Below are positions 43,438-53,771 of a DNA stretch of 64,000 bases, one piece after another (position 1 is the first letter of the stretch; each line of letters begins with the position of its first letter). Position numbers and translations under genes: made by a program. Location of the stretch: contig CAVYYI010000001.1 in assembly GCA_963772725.1 (NCBI GenBank), positions 96,001-160,000 of the forward strand, read 5' to 3'. This stretch comes from an uncultured Phycisphaerales bacterium (GTDB lineage: Bacteria > Planctomycetota > Phycisphaerae > Sedimentisphaerales > Anaerobacaceae). The notes under the pieces were generated by a model. That model was not told the DNA's origin, made no database searches, and saw only the letters and a program-made list of their open reading frames with translations.

Positions 43438-45420
43438 CTATTTTCCGCGGCCTTTAACGAGAGCTTCTACAACGTGCGGGTCGGCAAGCGTCGTAATGTC
43501 ACCGAGGTTACTGGTGTCATTTTCAGCAATCTTTCGCAGAATGCGGCGCATAATCTTGCCGGACCTCGTTTTCGGAAGCGCCGGGGCAAACTGTATAACT
43601 TCAGGAACCGCAATGGCGCCAATTTCCTTGCGGACATGTAGAGCAAGTTCTTTTTTCAGTTCATCACTTTCATGAACGCCGTCTTTAACTGTAACAAAGG
43701 CATAGAGGCCCTGCCCTTTAATTTCGTGCGGCATTGGCGTAACGGCTGCTTCGGCAACTTTAGGATGGCTTACAAGTGCGCTTTCAACTTCAGCGGTGCC
43801 GATACGGTGGCCTGAAACATTCACAACGTCGTCGATACGTCCCATCAGCCAAAAATCTCCGTCCTCATCGACTCTGCAGCCGTCGCCGGTGAAGTACATA
43901 TCGTTGTACATAGTGAAGTAGGTGTCGATGAATCTGTCGTGGTCGCCCCACATTGTTCTCATCATACCGGGCCAGGGTTTGCGAATGCAGAGTTTGCCGC
44001 CCTCGTTGGTATCGCACTGTGTTCCATCATCGTGCAGGACAACAGCGTCAACACCGAAGAAAGGTTTGTTAGCGCTGCCTGGTTTTAAGGTATGCGCGCC
44101 GGGCAGGGGGGTAATCATAAATCCGCCTGTTTCGGTCTGCCACCAGGTATCAACGATGGGACATCTGCTGTGTCCGATTTTTTCGTAATACCATATCCAC
44201 GCTTCCGGGTTTATGGGTTCTCCGACGGAGCCGAGAATTCTGAGAGTATCAAGTTTATATTTTGCGGGCCATTCCTCTCCCATTCGCATCAATGCGCGAA
44301 TGGCGGTGGGGGCGGTATAGAAAACGGTAACGCCGAATTTATCGCATACATTCCAGAAACGTCCTGCATCGGGATAGGTGGGGACGCCCTCGAACATAAG
44401 AGATGTCGCGCCGTTAGCCATTGGTCCGTACACTATGTAGCTGTGTCCGGTTACCCAGCCGATATCGGCCGTGCACCAGTAGATGTCGTCATCGTGAATA
44501 TTAAAGACTATTTTGTGGGTAATAGCGGTATGAAGGAGATAACCGCCGGTTGTGTGGACGACTCCCTTAGGTTTTCCTGTTGAGCCGGAAGTATAAAGAA
44601 TAAAGAGCGGGTCTTCTGCGTTCATGTGTTCAGGTTCGCATTTATCGTGCGCTTTGGCCATTTCGTCGTGATACCAGAAATCTCTGCCGGCTTTCATATT
44701 GCAGGGTTCGCCGTTTACCTTGGCGACGATAACGCTTTCAATCGAGGGGGTGTTTTTTAATGCTTCGTCGGCGATATCTTTTAGCTTTATGTGTTTTCCT
44801 GCGCGGAAGGACAGGTTCGCGGTAATAAGCATTTTGCAGTTGGAATCGTTGACGCGGTCTTTAATGGAGTCAGCGCTGAAGCCGCCGAAAATGATGGAAT
44901 GAATAGCGCCGATGCGTGTGCAGGCCAGCATCGCAATGGCCAGTTCCGGCACCATGGGCATATAAATCGCTATGCGGTCGCCTTTTTTAATGCCCTTTGA
45001 TTTCAGCACGTTGGCGAATTTACAGACTTCTTTGTGCAGCTGCTCGTAGGTAAATTTTTCTACTCTGTCTTCCTCCTCGCCCTGCCAGATTAAGGCTGTT
45101 TTTTTAGCGATGGGCGTACCGAGATGGCGGTCGAGGCAGTTATATGAGACGTTCAGGATGCCGTCTTCAAACCAGGTATGCTCAATTTTGCGAGCCTTTG
45201 TGTCCCAGGTGTATTCGAGACTTTTGGTGGGATTCTTAAACCAGGTAAGTGTTTTGGCCTGTTCGAGCCAGAATTTATCTGGTTCATTGATGGATTGCTC
45301 CCACATTTTTTTATATTGCTGCTCGCTAGTTACATAAGCGTTAGCCTGGACTTTTTTTGGTGGCGGAAAAGTCCTGGTTTCAGTCATTAGAGAACTGATA
45401 ATCTTGCGTTCGTTGGCCAT
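43438..45420 (-). CDS. acs: Acetyl-CoA synthetase (AMP-forming)
   Basis: YTSGSTGKPKG, DTWWQTETGG, PKTRSGKIMRRILRK. Confidence 0.95.
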   Translation of the reverse strand: MANERKIISSLMTETRTFPPPKKVQANAYVTSEQQYKKMWEQSINEPDKFWLEQAKTLTWFKNPTKSLEYTWDTKARKIEHTWFEDGILNVSYNCLDRHLGTPIAKKTALIWQGEEEDRVEKFTYEQLHKEVCKFANVLKSKGIKKGDRIAIYMPMVPELAIAMLACTRIGAIHSIIFGGFSADSIKDRVNDSNCKMLITANLSFRAGKHIKLKDIADEALKNTPSIESVIVAKVNGEPCNMKAGRDFWYHDEMAKAHDKCEPEHMNAEDPLFILYTSGSTGKPKGVVHTTGGYLLHTAITHKIVFNIHDDDIYWCTADIGWVTGHSYIVYGPMANGATSLMFEGVPTYPDAGRFWNVCDKFGVTVFYTAPTAIRALMRMGEEWPAKYKLDTLRILGSVGEPINPEAWIWYYEKIGHSRCPIVDTWWQTETGGFMITPLPGAHTLKPGSANKPFFGVDAVVLHDDGTQCDTNEGGKLCIRKPWPGMMRTMWGDHDRFIDTYFTMYNDMYFTGDGCRVDEDGDFWLMGRIDDVVNVSGHRIGTAEVESALVSHPKVAEAAVTPMPHEIKGQGLYAFVTVKDGVHESDELKKELALHVRKEIGAIAVPEVIQFAPALPKTRSGKIMRRILRKIAENDTSNLGDITTLADPHVVEALVKGRGK

Positions 45421-45441
45421 AATTTGCTCCTTTTTGAAATT

Positions 45442-46905
45442 TTAAAACTTGTAAATAAATGACGTTTGTACGCGGAAATCATCCGCATCGCTTTCGTTTA
45501 TACGTTCAGTTTGCCACTGTGAAAGTTCCAGTCCGATTTCGGTGTTTTTGTTAATAGAATAGATGGCGTTGGCGAATATGGAGCGGTTCAGAGTTCTCAT
45601 TTCGACACCAGAACCTGAGCCGACGAGGTCATCACGTTTAGCGGTATCTTCTCCTGCGCCGAGGTTAAATCTCCATTTGTCCCAGGGGCCGAGACCGGCG
45701 GCAATCCACCCGCCGCTGCTGCCGATTTCCTTATCGTAATTTGCGGTGCTTGTCGTCCCGATGTTTCTGACGCCCTGGCCTATGCCGCCCAGATAAGCGT
45801 CAAGATTTGAGCCGGTGTATGCTTCGCCTTTAATGGAAAGCCATTCATTTATTGGCTGGGTAATGTCAAGATTTGTTGACCAGCTTTCAAATTTGCGATT
45901 TTCCGAACTGACGGTTGTACTGGAAGTGGAAAAATATTTTTCTCTGCCGATGTGTCCCGAAACGCCAACAGTTGTCGGTTTATAGGCGAGCATTGGGAAT
46001 GTCAGGCTGACTCTGCCCTGCAGGCTTGGATAGCCGGAATCTTCTCCTGAGGGCTTTCCGGCGAAGTCCGAGTGTCCGATGGTTCTGGCTATGGCGCCTT
46101 CCAACTGGAGGTCAATATCGTTTCTGACGGCGAAAATTTTTGTCAGGCGTATCTGAGGCCTGCGGTAGCCGATGTTTCCTACCCACCAGCCGACGGAATA
46201 ATTGAGTGTAGGTTCAACCAACGGAGAGATAACGTCCGAGGTTTGTCCCGCGATAATGTTAAAGCGTTCCTGCGGCCAATCAATTTTCAAAAAGGCGTGG
46301 CGCATCATAACATGCATCTTATTTTCTCCATCGCCGCTGCCGTAGAAGTCGAACTCTATTTTGCCGCTTGTTTTGATTTCGCCGTCATTTGGTCCATTGA
46401 TTAGGAAACCAATTCTTGTCTCATTAGCAGTCAGATTAAACTGGCTGCTGTCTTTTTTATTTGCTTTGGACTCTACCCACTTGGCGTAATCACCGACAGT
46501 GGTTCGCTCGGTATCATAAGAGGCGTCCGCCTTGATATAGCCATATAACTGGATATCAAGTTCCGACCAGACCGGTTTCTTTTTTTCAGTGTCCTTCTGA
46601 ACCATTGCCAGGAGTTTTTGAATGTCAGCCTCGCTCAATTGCGGCGTAGCGGCGGTTTTGGATTCAGCCTTTTGCGGTTCAGCTTTTGGCGTTTCCGTTT
46701 TTGCTGCCGGCGCCGCTTGTGTCTTTTCTATCTGCTGCTGCATTACCATTTTTTTAAGTTCATCAAGTTCTTTTTCCAGCTTATCAACTCTTTGTTTGAG
46801 CATTGCGTTGTCCTGAGCCAAATCGCCCGTATTATCCCCGAAAGAAGTTCCGACCATAGATGCAAATAATATTGTTACAATTAAAGGTATCCTTTTGCAT
46901 GTCAT
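45442..46905 (-). CDS. Outer-membrane porin, DcaP-like, with N-terminal coiled coil
   Basis: Signal peptide, coiled coil, LYGYIKADASYD, MRHAF, C-terminal YKF. Confidence 0.7.
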   Translation of the reverse strand: MTCKRIPLIVTILFASMVGTSFGDNTGDLAQDNAMLKQRVDKLEKELDELKKMVMQQQIEKTQAAPAAKTETPKAEPQKAESKTAATPQLSEADIQKLLAMVQKDTEKKKPVWSELDIQLYGYIKADASYDTERTTVGDYAKWVESKANKKDSSQFNLTANETRIGFLINGPNDGEIKTSGKIEFDFYGSGDGENKMHVMMRHAFLKIDWPQERFNIIAGQTSDVISPLVEPTLNYSVGWWVGNIGYRRPQIRLTKIFAVRNDIDLQLEGAIARTIGHSDFAGKPSGEDSGYPSLQGRVSLTFPMLAYKPTTVGVSGHIGREKYFSTSSTTVSSENRKFESWSTNLDITQPINEWLSIKGEAYTGSNLDAYLGGIGQGVRNIGTTSTANYDKEIGSSGGWIAAGLGPWDKWRFNLGAGEDTAKRDDLVGSGSGVEMRTLNRSIFANAIYSINKNTEIGLELSQWQTERINESDADDFRVQTSFIYKF

Positions 46906-47168
46906 ATTAAGCCTTCCTAACTTTTATAAAGACTCCAAGTCTTTATCCTTTCCTAATTTTGTCTCCTATACCATTAATAAAAACAATCAATTATAAAGCG
47001 ATAATCTGAAACGTCAAGCAGAACATGCCGGATTATTTCAAGATGAAAGGAAATGTTACAGAAACGAACATTTTTACCGTATGTAATTTCATTAGCGTAC
47101 TTATGCTTTACAATGGTGCGGAAATCGAGATAATGTCAGATTAAGAAAAAGACATAAGAGGGAACTTT

Positions 47169-48026
47169 ATGAAGACAGTAAGACAAGTACCGCGGTTAAA
47201 GGCGAGAATGAAGGATGCGCATAAGGGCGATTTCGGCAGGATATGCGTTATCGGCGGCAGTTTCGGGATGAGCGGGGCGGCTGCTTTGATGGGAAGAGCG
47301 GCGCTGCGGGCGGGGGCAGGTCTGGTGCGAGTTGCGGTTCCGAAAAGTATTCTTCCGATAGTCGCGTGTGTTGAGCCTTGTTTTACAACTATATCTCTGG
47401 CGGAGGATACAGCGGGCAGAATTTCGGCAAAGGCGGTCAATGGTATTCTTGAGGCTGTCAGCGAGGATGTTGTCGCGTTCGGGCCGGGAGTGGGGATGAG
47501 CAGCGGGCTTGGGCTGATTGTTGAGACGCTTATAAAGCAGGAAGGGCTGCGGCTGGTTATAGACGCGGACGGGCTGAATAATCTTTGCAGGATAAAAAAC
47601 TGGCCTGATATGTTGAAGGCCAAGCTGGTTATTACGCCGCACCCCGGTGAGATGCGGAGGCTGTGGTCAGGACTTTTCAGACAGGAGCTGCCGGCGGAGC
47701 GTGAGGAGCAGGCGGTTAAGATGGCTAAGGATAGCGGGGCAGTGGTGGTTTTGAAAGGGGCAGGGACTGTGGTCGCGGATAGCCAGCGGGTTTATGTAAA
47801 TACCACTGGTAATCCGGGAATGGCGACGGGTGGAACCGGCGATGTGCTGACAGGGATTATAGCGGCAATGATGGGGCAGGGGCTTGGCGAGTTCGATGCG
47901 GCCGTGCTGGGAGTTTATATTCATGGTCTCGCGGGGGACATAGCGGCGGAGAAAGTCGGGCAGATAAGTTTAATCGCGACAGATATTATAGATTCGCTTG
48001 GCGATGCTTTTATTAGACTGGATTAA
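47169..48026 (+). CDS. nnrD: NAD(P)H-hydrate dehydratase
   Basis: HKGDFG, GPGVG, VIDADG, ITPHPGE, GMATGGTGDVL. Confidence 0.9.
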   Translation: MKTVRQVPRLKARMKDAHKGDFGRICVIGGSFGMSGAAALMGRAALRAGAGLVRVAVPKSILPIVACVEPCFTTISLAEDTAGRISAKAVNGILEAVSEDVVAFGPGVGMSSGLGLIVETLIKQEGLRLVIDADGLNNLCRIKNWPDMLKAKLVITPHPGEMRRLWSGLFRQELPAEREEQAVKMAKDSGAVVVLKGAGTVVADSQRVYVNTTGNPGMATGGTGDVLTGIIAAMMGQGLGEFDAAVLGVYIHGLAGDIAAEKVGQISLIATDIIDSLGDAFIRLD

Positions 48027-48076
48027 CGGGATTTACATTGATTTAAAAAAAGTAGAATGGTAGAAAGAGGCGAATT

Positions 48077-48418
48077 ATGGCAGACGACGTAAAAGAATTT
48101 TTTGATAACGCACAAAGCAGGACGGCCAAAATGAAAGAGATGGCTCCTGATATGGTTGCCGGGTTTTCGGGTATGTTCGGCAAGATTATGAAAGACGGCG
48201 CACTAACGGCCAAGCAAAAGGAGCTGATTGCTCTTGGTATAGGGGTGGCGGTTCATTGCAAGCCTTGTATAATGGCACATGTACAGAAGTGTCTTTCGCA
48301 TGGCGCAACGAAAGAGGAGATAATGGAGGCGGCGTCTGTGGCGGTTGTGATGGGCGGCGGGCCCGCCTATACTCATATAGCCAATGTCATTGATGCGCTG
48401 GAAATACTGAGCAAATAA
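48077..48418 (+). CDS. Carboxymuconolactone decarboxylase / AhpD family protein
   Basis: GALTAKQKELIALG...HCKPC..AH. Confidence 0.85.
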   Translation: MADDVKEFFDNAQSRTAKMKEMAPDMVAGFSGMFGKIMKDGALTAKQKELIALGIGVAVHCKPCIMAHVQKCLSHGATKEEIMEAASVAVVMGGGPAYTHIANVIDALEILSK

Positions 48419-48483
48419 ATTGATTATTTGAGGCTTAATATATGGCGGATGAAGTTTTGAATTTAGTTTTGAAGCTTGAAATT

Positions 48484-48706
48484 CGATTTTTACTAAGGCT
48501 AAGCGGTGTTTGATATATCAAACTCGATTTTTACCAAGGAAAAATGATTTTTACTAAGCCTAAACGACGTTCGATACTTCAAAAACCATTTTTACTAAGC
48601 AGGAACGATTTTTAATAAGTTAAAATGATTTTTGCTTAGTTTAAACGGCGTTCGATATTTCAAAAACGATTTTTACTAAGTTGGAACGATTTTTAATAAA
48701 GAAAAA
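48484..48706. repeat. Degenerate non-coding tandem array of 20-bp (A) and 21-bp (B) units
   Basis: A = (c/t)gatttttactaag... at 48484, 48525, 48545, 48586, 48606, 48626, 48667, 48687; B = cggcgttcgatatttcaaaaa-like at 48504, 48565, 48646. Confidence 0.75.
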
Positions 48707-48917
48707 TAAAAAACGAAGCTTCAAATTTGGTTTTTGATGCTTCATTTATGATTCTTATTAAGGAAAAACGGCATTTAACGCTTTATATGCGAAAAATGAA
48801 GCTTCATATATGACTGATCAGCGACAATTATTCTTACCTTCCGGCGACAGTTAAAAGTTCCGGATGAATTAAAGTTGGAATATGCTATCTGAAACTCATT
48901 AAGTCAGGAGATTTCAG

Positions 48918-50405
48918 ATGGTTAAAGACAAACAGGTAAGGAGATTGTTCGCTATGAAAAACAAATGCAAGACCTTATATCAGCTTGCAGACAAGGCTGG
49001 TATAAGCACTAAAACCGCCCGCAAGTATTTAAAAACGGGCGTGCTGCCCAGCCAATGCCAAGCTATCCACGACTGGCCCACCCATCCGGATGCCTTTGCA
49101 GGGGATTGGCCATGGGTTGAAGAATTCCTCAAAAACAACTCCGGTCTTGAATCTAAATCGCTTTTTGAGGCTCTGCAGCGTGAATATCCCGGTAAATACC
49201 AGGACAGCGAATTAAGAACCTTCCAGAGACGAGTAAAACAATGGAAAGCCTTGTCCGGTCCGGCTCAGGAAGTGTTTTTTCCACAAATCTATAAACCCGG
49301 CCAATGGTGCGAATCAGACTTTACCAGGATGAATAAGCTGGGTATCACCATTTGCGGCATACCTTTTATTCACATGCTGTACCATTTTGTATTGTGTTTG
49401 TCGAACTGGGAAACCGTCACGGTATGTTTTTCAGAAAGCTATGAAAGTTTAAGTGCCGGTATTCAAAATGCCCTCTGGAAGTTAGGCGGCATACCACGCT
49501 ATCATAGGACTGATAATTTAACCTGTGCGGTTAACAAGGTAGGCAATCCTGAGGAATTCACGGCTAACTATCAGGGTCTTGCGAATCATTATGGTTTCCA
49601 AAGCTGTAAAATCCAGCCTCACTGTCCGAATGAAAACGGCGATATAGAGCAGCGTCATCACAGGTTAAAGAGAGCTGTTGAACAGGCGTTAATCCTTAGA
49701 GGAAGCAGAGATTTTAACAGCAGGAAAGATTATGAAATGTTTCTTGAAAAGCTGCTCGACCAACTCAATACCGGCCGCACAAAACTCTTGGCCGAAGAGT
49801 TAAAGGTTCTGCGGCAATTGCCAACCCGCAGGCATGAAGATTTCACCAGGGATAAATGCAGGGTAAGTCGTGGCTGCACGGTCCGAGTTCTTAAGAACAG
49901 CTATTCTGTTCACAGCAGGCTTAGGGGAGAAAATGTTGACGTTCGAATATATGCCGAACATATCGAAGTCTGGTATGCTCAAAGAAGAATTGAAGTATTG
50001 CCCAGATTACACGGTGAAAACGGTCATTACATCAATTACCGCCACGTTATAGATACCCTTGTTCGCAAACCCGGGGCGTTTGAGAACTATTGCTATAAAG
50101 ATGATATGTTTCCCACAAGTCAGTTCAGGATCGCATATGATCTCCTGCGTGATCAACATGGGATGAAGCAGGGTAATAAGCAGTATCTGAAAATTCTTGA
50201 ATTAGCTGCCAACGAAAGCCAGACATCTGTCAATGAAGCTTTGCGGTTCCTGATCAACCATGCAGATGCGATTGATTTTGATATGGTAGAACAAATAGTC
50301 AAATCCGAACAACAGCCGCCGGATGTCACTGACGTTTGTGTTGGCGATATTGATCTGAACAGTTATGACTGTCTACTTGAATCGGCGGAGGCACTACTGG
50401 TATGA
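48918..50405 (+). CDS. istA: IS21 transposase
   Basis: N-terminal HTH, ESDFT, RTDN, ENGDIE, YSVHS. Confidence 0.9.
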   Translation: MVKDKQVRRLFAMKNKCKTLYQLADKAGISTKTARKYLKTGVLPSQCQAIHDWPTHPDAFAGDWPWVEEFLKNNSGLESKSLFEALQREYPGKYQDSELRTFQRRVKQWKALSGPAQEVFFPQIYKPGQWCESDFTRMNKLGITICGIPFIHMLYHFVLCLSNWETVTVCFSESYESLSAGIQNALWKLGGIPRYHRTDNLTCAVNKVGNPEEFTANYQGLANHYGFQSCKIQPHCPNENGDIEQRHHRLKRAVEQALILRGSRDFNSRKDYEMFLEKLLDQLNTGRTKLLAEELKVLRQLPTRRHEDFTRDKCRVSRGCTVRVLKNSYSVHSRLRGENVDVRIYAEHIEVWYAQRRIEVLPRLHGENGHYINYRHVIDTLVRKPGAFENYCYKDDMFPTSQFRIAYDLLRDQHGMKQGNKQYLKILELAANESQTSVNEALRFLINHADAIDFDMVEQIVKSEQQPPDVTDVCVGDIDLNSYDCLLESAEALLV

Positions 50406-51166
50406 GTAAAAATGATCTGGATAATCAGCTTGTAAACCTTCTCAAAGAACTTCACCTGCCGATGTTCCGTGAATATTACGCCGAGTTCGCTCAGAAGGCT
50501 ATCGCCGAAGATATGGGTTATTCACAATATCTATTGGAATTGGCTCAGCGTGAGTGTGATGTTCGCAGAGCCAATAAAATCGCAAGGCTGGTAAAAGCCT
50601 CAAAGCTTCCTATGGAAAAGACCATGGCAAACTTTGATTTTAAACGTATGCCGTTGAAGATACGTCAGCAGGTCAAAATTCTTTTGGAAGGTTCATTTGT
50701 TGACAGAACAGAGAATATTCTTGCATTTGGCAAACCCGGCAGCGGTAAGACACATTTACTGTGTGGTATCTGTCATGAACTTGCCCGGCAGGGAAAAAAG
50801 GTTTACTTTACTACGTGTGATATGATGTTGCAGGAGTTATTACGAGCCAAGCAGGAGTTGAAGCTGGACAAATGGCTCAAGAAGCTGTCACAGTACGAGG
50901 CATTGATGATAGATGACTTCGGCTATGTCAAACAGAACCGCGAGGAGATGGAGGTGCTGTTTACCTTATTAGCTCATTGTTATGAACGTGGCAGCGTGTT
51001 GATTACCAGCAATCTGCCGTTCAGTAAATGGGAAGTCATCTTTAAGGATCCGATGACCACTGCAGCAGCGATCGACCGGCTGGTACATCATAGTGTGATC
51101 CTTGAATTGAATGTACCGAGCTACCGAGCTGAGGAAGCTCAGAGACGGAAAAATAAGGACACGTAA
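50402..51166 (+). CDS. istB: IS21 helper ATPase
   Basis: GKPGSGKT, IDDFGY, TSN, AAIDRLVHH; 4-bp overlap with istA. Confidence 0.92.
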   Translation: MSKNDLDNQLVNLLKELHLPMFREYYAEFAQKAIAEDMGYSQYLLELAQRECDVRRANKIARLVKASKLPMEKTMANFDFKRMPLKIRQQVKILLEGSFVDRTENILAFGKPGSGKTHLLCGICHELARQGKKVYFTTCDMMLQELLRAKQELKLDKWLKKLSQYEALMIDDFGYVKQNREEMEVLFTLLAHCYERGSVLITSNLPFSKWEVIFKDPMTTAAAIDRLVHHSVILELNVPSYRAEEAQRRKNKDT

Positions 51167-51284
51167 TGTCCGAAATTTTGCCCCCCATGGGGGCACCTCC
51201 TAAAGGCTATAAGCTAAGGTAAGTGTTATGAAGTAACGGTAAAAATAACTGTCGTTGAAGGGAAATTATAATTGACGCCGGACA

Positions 51285-51925
51285 CGCATTCTCCCCGGAA
51301 GACCTTTGCAGAGCCTATATCTGGCGCCTTCCCCCGCATTCTCGGTGATGTTATATCTGAAGAAGCCTTACAGCTTCTATACCACATTATTACTGCCCCA
51401 CAAGATGGCGTCAGGCAGCGCTACCGACATTTGGGTTTTGGTGACAAGAAAGGAAATCGGTTAAAAGAACTGCTTTTAGATAACGACTGGATAGAAAGCC
51501 AGACAGTTGAACTTGGTCAGACAAGAAAGGTCTTGTTGAGGCTGACCCGAAAAGCTAAAGAAGCCCTGGGCATAAATAATAAAATCCCAGAATATGGTTC
51601 TTTGGTTCATGAGTATTGGAAGCGATATTATGCACAGCGATTCGAAGAGCAAGGCTACCAGGTGGCTTTTGAAGTCCCCCGAAAATCGGGCTGCACTGAT
51701 GTTGTTGCTATTAAAAATGGTGGGAAAACCGCCATAGAAATCGAGACAGGAAAGTCCGATGCGGTTTGGAATGTAAGGCAGGATTTGCTATCTGGCTATA
51801 ACAAAGTTTTGGTAGTTGCCACGGATGAAAAAGCTTTAAAGATAGTCGAGGAAAAACTTGCTCGTGCTGGACTGATTATTCCAAGAAGGGTTGAGGTGGT
51901 TTTGAGGAATACTTATGAAAATTAA
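51285..51925 (+). pseudogene. 5'-truncated wHTH + PD-(D/E)xK nuclease-like remnant, paralogous to the C-terminus of 60208..62190
   Basis: The ORF start lies inside the IS21 IR; GSLVHEYW...TDVVA...AIEIETG. Confidence 0.6.
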
Positions 51926-52003
51926 AACACTGTATAACATCTTACAAAAGTGGGGTTCTACAAATAACTATTTGTCAGGTTAAGCAATAAATAATACAGA
52001 TTT

Positions 52004-52480
52004 TTATTGTCCAATTTCTAACAATTTCCATACTTGGAAATCCCTTGGAAAATTGACATTTTTGCGATATCTTTTTTCTTTGTTGCCTCCGTCATAATAA
52101 TTGTAATTTTTTGTTATTGATACATCTCCTATTACTTTCATACCCTTATTTGTGCAATCTATTGGAGATATATAACCCGGTACAAGCCCAAGGTTAATTA
52201 GTTCCTCAACACTCGCAAATCTAACTTTCTTCAATCCTAAAAACACTTTAATTTTTGATATATCCACCTTTCGAGAGCCATCGAGAACAAAAACGATAAA
52301 TTCCTCTTCTGTCACAGAGTAACACTTGAAAATAAGCGTTTTGAGTGTTTTCTCTGGGTATAGTGAGTAAAATTGTTTTATCTGTTCTTGAGTTAAATCA
52401 TCAGTAGCTTCAACAATTTCAATCGGATTTAGATACGATTTATCATTATTAACCATGATTTTCCTTATCTTTCCCCTCAT
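52004..52480 (-). CDS. YbaK/ProX-like aminoacyl-tRNA editing domain protein
   Basis: KTLKTLIF, VRFAS.EEL, GLVPGYISPI, GGN. Confidence 0.7.
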   Translation of the reverse strand: MRGKIRKIMVNNDKSYLNPIEIVEATDDLTQEQIKQFYSLYPEKTLKTLIFKCYSVTEEEFIVFVLDGSRKVDISKIKVFLGLKKVRFASVEELINLGLVPGYISPIDCTNKGMKVIGDVSITKNYNYYDGGNKEKRYRKNVNFPRDFQVWKLLEIGQ

Positions 52481-53561
52481 TATGTAAGAATATGCGCGTT
52501 GTTTTTCTTAAAAATGTAGGTTCCTCATCAATAATGGCATAGTTTACTCCTAATTGTGGCCCGGACTTAATTATTTTTTTTAGCGCAATAGGAGTTGTTT
52601 CAATTCTATTTTTTGTGCTGTTTAGGTACAGAGGAACATCCTTACCATCTAATATATTTTTAAGCTGTATATATAAATCCATTAAATTACCTTTGCTGTT
52701 TATAGGAAAAACTACTCCCTTTCTAATGCATCCAGAGCTTGTAATTTCCTCATGAGACAGTCTGATTCTGCTCGCATGACGAGCAAATTTTTTTGAAAGT
52801 GATATACGTTTTGCTTTAGACGTGCAAAAGTTAACATTTATGTCTTTGCCAGTTCTTACGACAAAATCGAGAACGCTTAAAGCAACCTTCCCGCTACCTC
52901 TTGCTGCCTCTGAAACAGTCGTCTTTTGAAATCTCCTATCACTCAACCTTTTTTCATTAGATCTGGAAAACTCCAATTCGTTCAAATTTAAATATTGAAT
53001 TTTGTGTCGTTCCATGAAGTAAACAAGATCTTGCAACTGGTCAAGATTCCCCGGTAATGCTGGCATTTCAATACCAACAACAATACTTGTATCTAACGCT
53101 GGCTGAATAGTTGACCATTGTTTATTGACCATATGTATTCTAATTTCATCCAAACCAGCAATTTCCAAAGCTCTTATTTTGGGACGGGACAATCCCAAGT
53201 TGTTAGTATAAAGATGAATATGAAATTCTTGTCCAAATTGATGTTTAAGTAACTTAATGACCTCACAAGTATAGCTGAAGTTCAAAAGAGGATTTCCTCC
53301 AGTAATTGAAATGCCTTTTGCGCCATATTCTTTTATGTAGTTTACAATTTCTTCGGAAGATTTGGCTTGGAAGTCATCTACCCAAACACGGGAATTTTCA
53401 GTTCTATGTCTAGGAAGTGGACAGTAAAAGCAATTGGCATTACATCTGCCTGTAATAAATAGTGTGGCTTTTTCTCCTTTCATGCAAAATTGGCAGCCCG
53501 TTAAAATATCACCAACAACTGCGTTGCCACAGGGGGTCTTTCTAATGCGTCGCCTTTTCAT
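52449..53561 (-). CDS. Radical SAM protein of a type I know mainly from archaea
   Basis: GCQFCMKGEKATLFITGRCNANCFYCPL, ITGGNP, HLYT, LDEIRIH, LNLNELEF. Confidence 0.75.
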   Translation of the reverse strand: MKRRRIRKTPCGNAVVGDILTGCQFCMKGEKATLFITGRCNANCFYCPLPRHRTENSRVWVDDFQAKSSEEIVNYIKEYGAKGISITGGNPLLNFSYTCEVIKLLKHQFGQEFHIHLYTNNLGLSRPKIRALEIAGLDEIRIHMVNKQWSTIQPALDTSIVVGIEMPALPGNLDQLQDLVYFMERHKIQYLNLNELEFSRSNEKRLSDRRFQKTTVSEAARGSGKVALSVLDFVVRTGKDINVNFCTSKAKRISLSKKFARHASRIRLSHEEITSSGCIRKGVVFPINSKGNLMDLYIQLKNILDGKDVPLYLNSTKNRIETTPIALKKIIKSGPQLGVNYAIIDEEPTFLRKTTRIFLHNEGKDKENHG

Positions 53562-53771
53562 CCTTTATTACCTTTTTGAGATTTACTCTTCTTACCTGTA
53601 TTTTAACAGAGTTTTCGGTTACAAAGGGAGTTAACACAACTTCTTGGACAGTGTCGTGATTTCGAAAAAGTTTTTTTCCTTTAATATCCATTTTAATGTC
53701 CTTTCTTTAATCATTATAATGTTAACTTACAAGTTCTTAAATGTTTCGTTTATATACGATATAGATAAAGG

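Larger units (their letters stand above)
48815..51284 (+). mobile_element. IS21-family element
   Basis: TG...CA ends: tgatcagcgacaattat vs revcomp tgtccggcgtcaattat, with internal cgacagtt repeats; no target duplication seen. Confidence 0.88.

Noticed and set aside
48484..48706. Second CRISPR array
   Set aside because: Units are contiguous and degenerate, with no unique spacers
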